Shown here: positions 24,828 through 32,000 of the stretch, piece after piece
Layout: the number at the start of each line of letters is the position of its first letter
Numbering within the stretch: the stretch's first letter is position 1
DNA from: Microcystis aeruginosa NIES-843
GTDB taxonomy: Bacteria > Cyanobacteriota > Cyanobacteriia > Cyanobacteriales > Microcystaceae
Length of the DNA: 32,000 bases
Reading direction: 5' to 3'
NCBI RefSeq assembly: GCF_000010625.1
Contig: NC_010296.1
Coordinates: forward strand, 1,500,001-1,532,000
Made by a program: the position numbers and the translations under genes
The notes under the pieces: generated by a model
What the model saw: only the letters and a program-made list of their open reading frames with translations
The model's database searches: none
Told to the model about the DNA's origin: nothing

Positions 24828-25784
24828 TCACTCCTCGGTGCGATAGCCAAATTCTGCTAAAAGTGAGCGAGATTGTCGCCATTTCGGTTCTACCTTCACA
24901 AATAATTTTAAATATACCTCCCCGGCGATTAACTTTTGAATAGCCGATCGAGCGGAAGTCCCGATCGCTTTTAACATACTGCCATTTTTACCGATGACGA
25001 TCCCTTTTTGGGAAGCTCGTTCCACGTTAATGGCGGCAAAAACCTTGGTTAAAGCGGGAGTTTCCTCGACGCGTTCAATCACCACCGCCACAGAATGGGG
25101 AATTTCCTGACGGGTTTGCAGTAAAATCTGTTCACGGATTAATTCGCCCATAATAAACCTTTCCGGTTGATCGGTGACTAAATCGGGGGGATAGTAATAG
25201 GGACCGACTTCTAGGGAATCAATTAACAGATTTTGCAATTCTTCGATTCCCGTCCCCTCCAGTGCCGAAAATTTGAGCAGAGGCCAGTTATTTTCCGCCG
25301 CTAAGGTACGATAACTATCGTCTAGAGGCTCCCGGTCTTCCGGTTGCTGATCGGCTTTATTTAGCCCTAAAATCGTGGGAGTTTGGTTTTTAGTCAGTAA
25401 ATCGGCGATATAGCGATCGCCACTACCCAAAAAATTGCTACTATCGACAACAAATAAAACTAAATCTACAGAATTTATGGCGTTTTCAGCATTTTTAACT
25501 AAAACTTTGCCTAATTCGTGATGAGGCTTGTGAATGCCGGGGGTATCGACAAAAATCATCTGGGCGCGCTCGCTGGTGACAATGCCGCGTAAACGGTTGC
25601 GGGTAGTTTGAGCGATGGGAGAAGTAATGGCGATTTTTTGTCCCACTAATTGATTCATCAGGGTAGATTTGCCCACATTAGGACGACCAATAATGCCAAT
25701 AAAACCCGATTTAAAACCGATCGGTGCGACGGGAATTACTGCCGAATCGAGATTAACGGCTTGAGAGTTGATAAAATCGTTCAT
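24828..25784 (-). CDS. era: GTPase Era
   Basis: 318 aa. G1 GRPNVGKST, G3 DTPG, NKAD, and a C-terminal KH domain (VIGKNGSMLK). Confidence 0.9.
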   Translation of the reverse strand: MNDFINSQAVNLDSAVIPVAPIGFKSGFIGIIGRPNVGKSTLMNQLVGQKIAITSPIAQTTRNRLRGIVTSERAQMIFVDTPGIHKPHHELGKVLVKNAENAINSVDLVLFVVDSSNFLGSGDRYIADLLTKNQTPTILGLNKADQQPEDREPLDDSYRTLAAENNWPLLKFSALEGTGIEELQNLLIDSLEVGPYYYPPDLVTDQPERFIMGELIREQILLQTRQEIPHSVAVVIERVEETPALTKVFAAINVERASQKGIVIGKNGSMLKAIGTSARSAIQKLIAGEVYLKLFVKVEPKWRQSRSLLAEFGYRTEE

Positions 25785-25819
25785 AATTAAAGAATATTAC
25801 TTAAAAAATATTTTTACCC

Positions 25820-26587
25820 ATGCAAAGGATAATTTTGTTCTTGTTAGTATTGATTCTAGGCTGTAGTAACCATTTAGAATTATCTATAGCGGGAAATTTA
25901 AGCGATCGCTTAACCGATTATCCTCGCTGGATGACTAAACCGGTGGTTAGTTTTGCCAGCGGAGATTTAGTTTATCCCGATTGGATAGTAGGCAATTGGA
26001 CTGTCACCAGTACCCTGATTGATTTAACCGCTCCTCTTGCTCCCCAGATTATCACACCTGGTTTTGAAAGTAATCGTCGTTACCTAGAACAATCGATCGA
26101 GTTTCCAGTGAGATTCATCGAGAAAGCTATGTCCAGACCGATAAATGCTGCCTTTTTATCCACCATTATCAGTAAACCATCAACTGTGGCCGATCGATCC
26201 TTTAATGGTTTAGCAATTAGTCGCGCCTATTTAGGTAATCAATCGGTATTATCGGTAAAAACTGACCCCAATAATCCCAATCGTCAGATTACCTTTTTAC
26301 GGGGCGCTCATCAACTAATTTCCACGGTAATTGCCAGAAATAGCGAAACTCCTAGCCGAAATCAATTTATTGCCACAGAAATTAGTCAACAAATTTTCCG
26401 GGGAGAAACCAATACTTATCTTAATGAGGTGGAAACCACCACCGCCTATCAGTTATTATCTCCTAATAAAATTCTAGGCGATCAGGTGACAGCCATTTAT
26501 CTTTCCCCCCAATCGCCTGATTATTTCCAAGCGCCGAATCGTCCTGTGGCTTTGTATCGTTATCGCTTACAATTGCTGAAAGATTAA
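25820..26587 (+). CDS. Conserved hypothetical lipoprotein
   Basis: 255 aa. Signal peptide with lipobox LILGC. No catalytic motifs recognised. Confidence 0.6.
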   Translation: MQRIILFLLVLILGCSNHLELSIAGNLSDRLTDYPRWMTKPVVSFASGDLVYPDWIVGNWTVTSTLIDLTAPLAPQIITPGFESNRRYLEQSIEFPVRFIEKAMSRPINAAFLSTIISKPSTVADRSFNGLAISRAYLGNQSVLSVKTDPNNPNRQITFLRGAHQLISTVIARNSETPSRNQFIATEISQQIFRGETNTYLNEVETTTAYQLLSPNKILGDQVTAIYLSPQSPDYFQAPNRPVALYRYRLQLLKD

Positions 26588-26881
26588 TATAGATCCTGAA
26601 AAAATCAAAAATCTTCCCTTAGGTGAGGAGACAGGAAGAGAAAAAGACAAGAGACAATTCTAGCCATAAAACCTAAGATTATGTCCAAAAGGAATTAAGA
26701 GAACTTTCCCGGGCCTAGTTTTCGGACTTTATTGGAGGACTTGGGGACGATGAGTTTGAATACTCTTAATCCCTCCTACAGCAGATGTTATGGCCTTTTG
26801 TCAACGGGGAAGTTCAGTAATAATCATCAACAGTTGATGGTCTCATAGTCTCAGCATCTGTGTTAGAGTTAAGCGATAACT

Positions 26882-28435
26882 ATGTCCTGGGGAAAAACTA
26901 TGAGTCTTTGTTTTAATCCCACCTGTCGCCACGAAAACCCTAAAGATATTGTATCCTGTGAACGCTGCGGTCAGTCATTAAAGTTAGGCGCTCGCTATCG
27001 AGGATTGAGAGAAATTGGGTCTGGGGGGTTTGGCATCACCTATTTAGGTATAGATGAAAGCGAAACTAATCACCCTCCCTGTGCGATTAAACAATTTTCC
27101 CCCCATAGGACTAATGATGCTCAGGTATCCTCTGGCCTCTTCCGTCGAGAAGCCCAAAGTTTACAGGTGCTTAACCATCCCCAAATCCCCAAATTTTTGG
27201 CATATTTTTATATAGATGAACAACAGTATCTTATCCAAGAGTTCATTCCAGGAGAAACCTTAGAACAAGAATTAGCAGCAAGGGGGGTATTTGGAGAAAG
27301 CCAAATCCGAGATATACTCAATCAAATTTTACCGATTTTACAATATCTACACGCTAAAAACCTAATTCATCGGGATGTTAAACCCGCTAATATTATCAGT
27401 AGAACAAGCGATAAACGTCTCTTTTTAGTAGATTTTGGGGCGACTAAACTCCACACGGGAACTAACCTGGCTAAAACGGGAACTAGCATCGGAACTGCGG
27501 AATTTGTCGCCCCAGAACAATTACGAGGAAAAGCGGTTTTTGCTAGTGACCTCTATAGTTTAGGTGTAACCTGTATTTATTTATTAACTAATACATCACC
27601 GTTTAATTTAGTGGATGGTGATAATAATTGGGTATGGCGAGACTGGCTTGGGGAAAATACGGTTAGTTCTCAATTAGCGGAAGTTTTAGATGGTCTAATT
27701 GCGCCAGGTCTAAGTAACCGCTATACATCAGCTTCAGCGGCATTAAAAGACCTCAATCAGCCTCGCAAAGCGAAAAATGTCTATGGTAATTATTTGTGGT
27801 TTGGCAGTGCAATTGCTGCTTTGATAGCCCTGTTTTATGGGTTCAAAACCACCCAAGAATCATCAAAGATTGAACCACCCACCTCACCAACTCAACCGAT
27901 TATTCGCCCCAGCAATTTAGAAGTAATTAAATTATTATCTATTTATGTTAATGTACAAAATACATCCTATTTAGACAAGGGAAAATTTCTTGAAAAACTC
28001 TCAGGATTAATTGCCCTACCCAGCCATTATTTTGAGGTACAAGTTATTAATAATCATGGAGTGCAAATAGCCGCGATTCCTCGCCAAAGTGATAGTTATG
28101 GTTATGTAGCGGTTTTATGGGGGGGTAAAATGTCAGATGCCGATACCAAACGCCAACAAAATTGGCAACCTAAAGACCCGACAGATTATGGAACTTTCAG
28201 TATTCCTAATTTTCGGAAAACCCCCTCCAATTATGTCACGAGAGTTAGCTATTGTGAAAGCATCCAAACGACGACAGAACCGCCATTATTATCAACCGTA
28301 GGGGATTCACTACCTCTTTCCAGTGATGAATTACCCTGTCCCCAGGGTTATGCTTTTTCTTTGGGAATCATTGATGCGATCGGCAAATTAGCAGCCACGA
28401 CCGTTCCAGCCGTCATTACGCCAATTCAAAAATGA
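26882..28435 (+). CDS. Hanks-type Ser/Thr protein kinase with N-terminal zinc ribbon, one TM segment and a C-terminal pilin-GH-like domain
   Basis: CFNPTCRHENPKDIVSCERCG, GSGGFGITY, AIKQF, HRDVKPANI, DFG and APE. TM segment is WFGSAIAALIALFYGF. The C-terminus (YLDKGKF...YFEVQVINNHGVQIAAIP...YGYVAVLW) resembles the type IV pilin-like G/H domain common on cyanobacterial kinases. Confidence 0.85.
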   Translation: MSWGKTMSLCFNPTCRHENPKDIVSCERCGQSLKLGARYRGLREIGSGGFGITYLGIDESETNHPPCAIKQFSPHRTNDAQVSSGLFRREAQSLQVLNHPQIPKFLAYFYIDEQQYLIQEFIPGETLEQELAARGVFGESQIRDILNQILPILQYLHAKNLIHRDVKPANIISRTSDKRLFLVDFGATKLHTGTNLAKTGTSIGTAEFVAPEQLRGKAVFASDLYSLGVTCIYLLTNTSPFNLVDGDNNWVWRDWLGENTVSSQLAEVLDGLIAPGLSNRYTSASAALKDLNQPRKAKNVYGNYLWFGSAIAALIALFYGFKTTQESSKIEPPTSPTQPIIRPSNLEVIKLLSIYVNVQNTSYLDKGKFLEKLSGLIALPSHYFEVQVINNHGVQIAAIPRQSDSYGYVAVLWGGKMSDADTKRQQNWQPKDPTDYGTFSIPNFRKTPSNYVTRVSYCESIQTTTEPPLLSTVGDSLPLSSDELPCPQGYAFSLGIIDAIGKLAATTVPAVITPIQK

Positions 28436-28662
28436 AACGCATCGGCCTTAAGATTTGAGAGAGAAAGGCTCATCAGGTGAACCTCCCGCGCATTTAAATT
28501 GCTTGTTGAGACGAGGCACTCTGGCAACAGCAAAGGGATTGGGGGAGATTCGGCTAATCTTAAGAATAAGCGGTTGCCCCCTAGTTCTATCTCAAGGTCG
28601 CGATTCATCTCCCGTTAAACCGCTACGCAGTTAACGGGAGATGAATCGCGACCAGAATGAAA

Positions 28663-29196
28663 CTAACGCGGTAGCGTTTCCACTTTTGGGGAGTTTTGGT
28701 TCTCGACGTATTTTTTTAGTTGTTCGACGGTAAGTAGTCGTGCAAAATTAATTTCTTGGTTAGGATAGGCAAAAGGCAAGAGGCAAAAGGCAAAAGCTTG
28801 ATCGAAATGTGTAATTAATTTTGCTTAGGTACTTAACTCCGCCACAACTAGCCACGAAATAAGCTCCCGTCCAAAAATAAGGTTTATTGTCGAAATACTT
28901 GGCCGCCAAATTCGGAAATTCCTTTCTAATTAAGCGACTACTAACTGTTTTAAGGTTAGCGATTAATTTGGATAAAGCGATGTCAGGTTTGTCATCAATA
29001 ATCCGGTGAACGTAATCTGATTCACCGTTGAAATCAAGCAACACGCTTTCCCATTTCGTGAGCGTTGACACAAAGATTTCTTTAAGTCGGGCTAAGATTT
29101 CATCGTTAATAGCAATGGCCGGTATTTGATGACGAATACGACGTGAGCGGTAAGTCTATAAACAGAGCGAAATCCATGATTGTAATCAGTTGACAT
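28663..29196 (-). pseudogene. tnpA: IS200/IS605 TnpA, inactivated by a frameshift, a MITE insertion and an altered HUH motif
   Basis: MSTDYNHGFRSVYRLTAHVVFVIKYR, then a frameshift, then AIAINDEILARLKEIF...FNGESDYVHRII (HUH His replaced by Tyr) ...YFVASCGGV, then MITE-101, then TVEQLKKYVENQNSPKVETLPR*. Confidence 0.85.
28733..28833. mobile_element. MITE-101, copy 2, inside tnpA (inverted relative to copy 1)
   Basis: Same TIRs and internal sequence as 13212-13312. TA TSD at 28731-32 and 28834-35. Excision restores GGV-TVEQ. Confidence 0.8.
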
Positions 29197-29246
29197 ATTA
29201 GATGGTAAGTGTTATAATCTAATTTTACATCACGAAACGAACGACA

Positions 29247-30506
29247 GTGATAACGCTTACCTACCAGTACAAACTAAAGGTAAACAGACAACAGGAACGG
29301 GAGATTGTACATATTCTTGATGTTGGCAAGAGCGTTTACAATTACGCTCTTTCAGAACGGAAAGATTGGTTGAACTCTCGAAAGTGTCTTGCGGATCGCT
29401 GTTCGTTAGTTTCCGAGTACATAATTCCTGCGGATGAACCCTATCCAAATTACTTCGTTCAAGCTAAAAATCTAACGGAAGCTAAAAAAGTTTACCCGAT
29501 ATTAAAGACGGTTAACGCTCAAGTCTTACAGCAAGTCTTAAAAACTTTAGATAAAGCTTTTGACCAGATAAAATCGAAAGGCTTCGGCTTTCCTAGATTT
29601 AAGAAAAAGATGCGGAGTTTGGTTTTTCCTGCGCTGTCAAAAAACTTTCTAGGGGATGGATGTTTGAATTTTCCACAATTAGGAAAAATTAGAATCCGGC
29701 CATCTAGAGAATACCCGTCTGGGTTCGAGCCTAAACAAGCTCGAATTATCCAAAAAGCGTCGGGATTTTACGTTTCGGTTTCTTTCCAATCTACGGAATT
29801 AGTTCCCGATATGACAGTAGGGAAGACCTGTTTAGGAATCGACGCGGGGATTGAGAGTTTTGTCGCTACTTCACGGGGAGATTTAATCAAAGCCCCTCGA
29901 TTTTTGTTGAAAGTACAGAGTAAGCTTAAATTGCTACAAAGACGCTTGAAACGGAAAACTAAAGGCTCGAACAATTGGTTAAAACTCCAAGATAAGATAG
30001 CGAGATTACACGAAAAAGTGTCTAATACTCGTAGAGATTGGCATTTTAAGTTAGCTCATTACCTTGGCGATTTTGCTGATAATATCTTCGTTGAGGATAT
30101 TAACTTCGTTTCTTGGTCTAGAGGGATCGTTAGAAAACAATCTCTAGATTCAGGCATCGGTAGTTTTATTAATGAGATACTACCGTTTGTTGTTTGGAAA
30201 CGGGGGAAATATTATCTTAAAGTCGATAAAAACGGAACTTCCCAGGATTGTCCTAATTGTGGCGCAATTACTGGTAAAAAAGCGTTATCGGAAAGAGTTC
30301 ACCGGTGTGATTCTTGCGGCCACATTGAACCGAGAGATACGGCATCAGCGAAGGTAATTGAGAACCGAGGAAAAAACGCGGTCGGACTGACCGTGTTAGA
30401 AAACGCTTGCGGAGGCGATTTGACGGGGGTCGTTCAGTTAAACCTGTTTGATCTAGTTAAAAGCCTAAGAACCAAGAATCCCCCGCTACACCGCGCGAGC
30501 GGTTAG
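29247..30506 (+). CDS. tnpB: TnpB (RuvC-like RNA-guided nuclease), apparently intact
   Basis: 419 aa, GTG start. RuvC triad contexts are LGIDAGI, IFVEDINF and PRDTASAKVI. Zinc finger is CPNCG...CDSCG. Confidence 0.85.
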   Translation: MITLTYQYKLKVNRQQEREIVHILDVGKSVYNYALSERKDWLNSRKCLADRCSLVSEYIIPADEPYPNYFVQAKNLTEAKKVYPILKTVNAQVLQQVLKTLDKAFDQIKSKGFGFPRFKKKMRSLVFPALSKNFLGDGCLNFPQLGKIRIRPSREYPSGFEPKQARIIQKASGFYVSVSFQSTELVPDMTVGKTCLGIDAGIESFVATSRGDLIKAPRFLLKVQSKLKLLQRRLKRKTKGSNNWLKLQDKIARLHEKVSNTRRDWHFKLAHYLGDFADNIFVEDINFVSWSRGIVRKQSLDSGIGSFINEILPFVVWKRGKYYLKVDKNGTSQDCPNCGAITGKKALSERVHRCDSCGHIEPRDTASAKVIENRGKNAVGLTVLENACGGDLTGVVQLNLFDLVKSLRTKNPPLHRASG

Positions 30507-30520
30507 CGGGGGAGAGTCAA
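30400..30520 (+). ncRNA. Putative TnpB omega-RNA scaffold of IS605 copy 2
   Basis: Overlaps the tnpB 3' end and runs to the proposed RE. The terminal 9-bp hairpin at 30480-30512 spans the stop codon. The 5' limit is a guess. Not verified by a covariance model or RNA-seq. Confidence 0.35.
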
Positions 30521-30560
30521 AATCAGATCACGCTAATTTGATTGGTTATGGACCCTATTC

Positions 30561-31685
30561 ATGTCTATCTCTCTACCCCGTTCAGGTTACACTTTACCGG
30601 TTTTTGCCTGTGCCAGTGCGATCGCATCTCTCCAGCATCTCCACGGCGAAAATGAGCTAAATTCCGTTACTTTTAATCTTTTAGAACCGCCAGAAACCGT
30701 TACAATTGCCATCGAACAAGTTGCTCGACTTAACCCCGATGCTGCCCTAGCCATCACCCGCAGCGATCCGGGGGACAATTTAGATTTAACTAGAAATACC
30801 CCTATATGGGCGTTAGTAGAAAGAAAGACGGGTAATCAAGAGATAGAGATTCAAGGCGGCGAAGGAATCGGCCTACAGGTTGATAATGACGGAAAATCAG
30901 CTATCTATAGTTATGCCCAGCGTCTCCTGCAAGAAAACCTCAGACCCCTGTTACTGCCCCAAGAAAGCATCAAAGTGACGATTATCCTGCCGGAAGGCAA
31001 AAAACTGGCCACAAGGACTTCTAACGCCGCTTTTGGGGTAGTAGAGGGATTATCTTTGTTGGGTACCACCGGCATTTCCCAACCCCTGAGCGCCCCCGGA
31101 CAGTTGGAAATCTTTCGCGAGCAATTAAAAATTTTATCCCGTCGTTTCGATCGCTTGGTGTTTTGTATCGGGGAAAATGGCTTAGATTTAGCCCCTCAAA
31201 TGGGTATTAATCCTGATATTTTGGTAAAAACAGCCAATTGGATCGGGCCGATGTTATTAGAGGCACAATTACAGGGAATCTCTGAAATTCTTTTGTTTGG
31301 TTATCACGGTAAATTAATTAAACTTGCCGGGGGAATCTTTCAGACTCACCATCATCTCGCCGATGGTCGTCGGGAAATTCTTACCGCCTACGCCGCTAAA
31401 ATGGGTTTAGCTACCCCCCATCTCCAGCAAATTTTTGACAGTAGCACCAGCGAAAACGGTCTGGAATATCTGCGTCAATTAGACCGGCAAACGGGAGATA
31501 ATTGGGTGGAACGCATCTATGGAGAAATGGCTAATACGATTGATCGCCGTTGCCAAGAATACGTTTATAACCACAGTAACGGTCATCTTGGGGTCGGTTG
31601 TATTTTATTCGATCGCTCTCGTTCTTTGATCAGCAAAAGCGAAAATGGCCTTAAATTTTTGCAGAATCTACAAGTTACCCCCTAG
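30561..31685 (+). CDS. cbiD: Cobalt-precorrin-5B (C1)-methyltransferase CbiD
   Basis: 374 aa. RSGYTLPVFACASA, GEGIG, TSNAAFGVVEGLSLLGTTGI and FGYHGKLIKLAGG. Confidence 0.85.
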   Translation: MSISLPRSGYTLPVFACASAIASLQHLHGENELNSVTFNLLEPPETVTIAIEQVARLNPDAALAITRSDPGDNLDLTRNTPIWALVERKTGNQEIEIQGGEGIGLQVDNDGKSAIYSYAQRLLQENLRPLLLPQESIKVTIILPEGKKLATRTSNAAFGVVEGLSLLGTTGISQPLSAPGQLEIFREQLKILSRRFDRLVFCIGENGLDLAPQMGINPDILVKTANWIGPMLLEAQLQGISEILLFGYHGKLIKLAGGIFQTHHHLADGRREILTAYAAKMGLATPHLQQIFDSSTSENGLEYLRQLDRQTGDNWVERIYGEMANTIDRRCQEYVYNHSNGHLGVGCILFDRSRSLISKSENGLKFLQNLQVTP

Positions 31686-31828
31686 TGACCGTGCTATGAT
31701 CGTGGGAATATTTAGTCTTAAAAAATGAAACTAATAAGGCTAAACTATTCTAGCTTATTTTCAGAACAATAGCCGATTTAGTTTACAAATCTTTAACCTT
31801 TTCCTGCCAGTTTCTTTTTTTGATCGCA

Positions 31829-32000
31829 GTGACAACTCAAACCCCCCTTCCCACCCCCCAAGAGACTTTGCCCTCAGAGTCCTTCACTAATAGCCTTAAT
31901 CGTCAAATAATCATCATTCTTGACTTTGGCTCCCAGTATTCTGAATTAATCGCCCGCAGAATCCGGGAAACGAACGTTTACTCCGAAGTTCTCTCCTATC
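31829..32000 (+). CDS. guaA: GMP synthase (glutamine-hydrolysing), 5' end only
   Basis: The GTG-started frame reads ...[34 protein letters not shown], the canonical GuaA GATase N-terminus. It continues past the window end. Confidence 0.75.
   Translation, partial: MTTQTPLPTPQETLPSESFTNSLNRQIIIILDFGSQYSELIARRIRETNVYSEVLSY

Larger units (their letters stand above)
28591..30520 (+). mobile_element. IS200/IS605-family element, copy 2 (dead tnpA, intact tnpB)
   Basis: Left end carries a 23-bp perfect hairpin (28596-28653) 10 nt from the tnpA stop. Right end carries the hairpin CCCCCGCTA...TAGCGGGGG (30480-30512), then GAGAGTCAA. The RE is proposed to end at TCAA 30517-20. Boundaries are inferred. 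Confidence 0.7.

Overview
The window reads as a cyanobacterial chromosome segment, most likely Microcystis. That assignment is an inference from HIP1 GCGATCGC sites, heptamer/octamer tandem arrays, a very high IS/MITE load and the protein set. No database search was possible, and all homology calls come from reading the translations by eye. Conserved genes: cinA, tRNA-His(GUG), isoaspartyl peptidase/asparaginase, ftsW, thrB, thrC plus a CysO-like sulfur-carrier gene, rsmD, a UDG-superfamily gene, era, a lipoprotein, a Hanks Ser/Thr kinase, cbiD and the 5' end of guaA. Between them lies unusually dense mobile DNA: two IS200/IS605 elements (tnpA/tnpB), one ISL3, one internally deleted IS5-like element, an IS110 fragment, and a decayed IS1 carrying a nested pair of IS630 copies. 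At least seven MITE families are recognisable from terminal inverted repeats plus target-site duplications. These elements break at least seven genes: AAA-ATPase/PD-(D/E)XK, AbrB-like, Mn/Fe-SOD, caspase-like, trypco2-like, and the IS1 and IS605 transposases. I cannot support an intact novel multi-gene system. The best leads are: (1) a ~325-bp highly structured insert without TIR/TSD inside sod, built from IS200/IS605-type hairpin modules; (2) an intact TnpB with a dead TnpA and a putative omega-RNA ending 40 nt upstream of cbiD; (3) a triply inactivated caspase/trypco2 conflict-system remnant; (4) a CysO-like carrier directly downstream of thrC; (5) G-quadruplex-type tandem arrays carried by a MITE.
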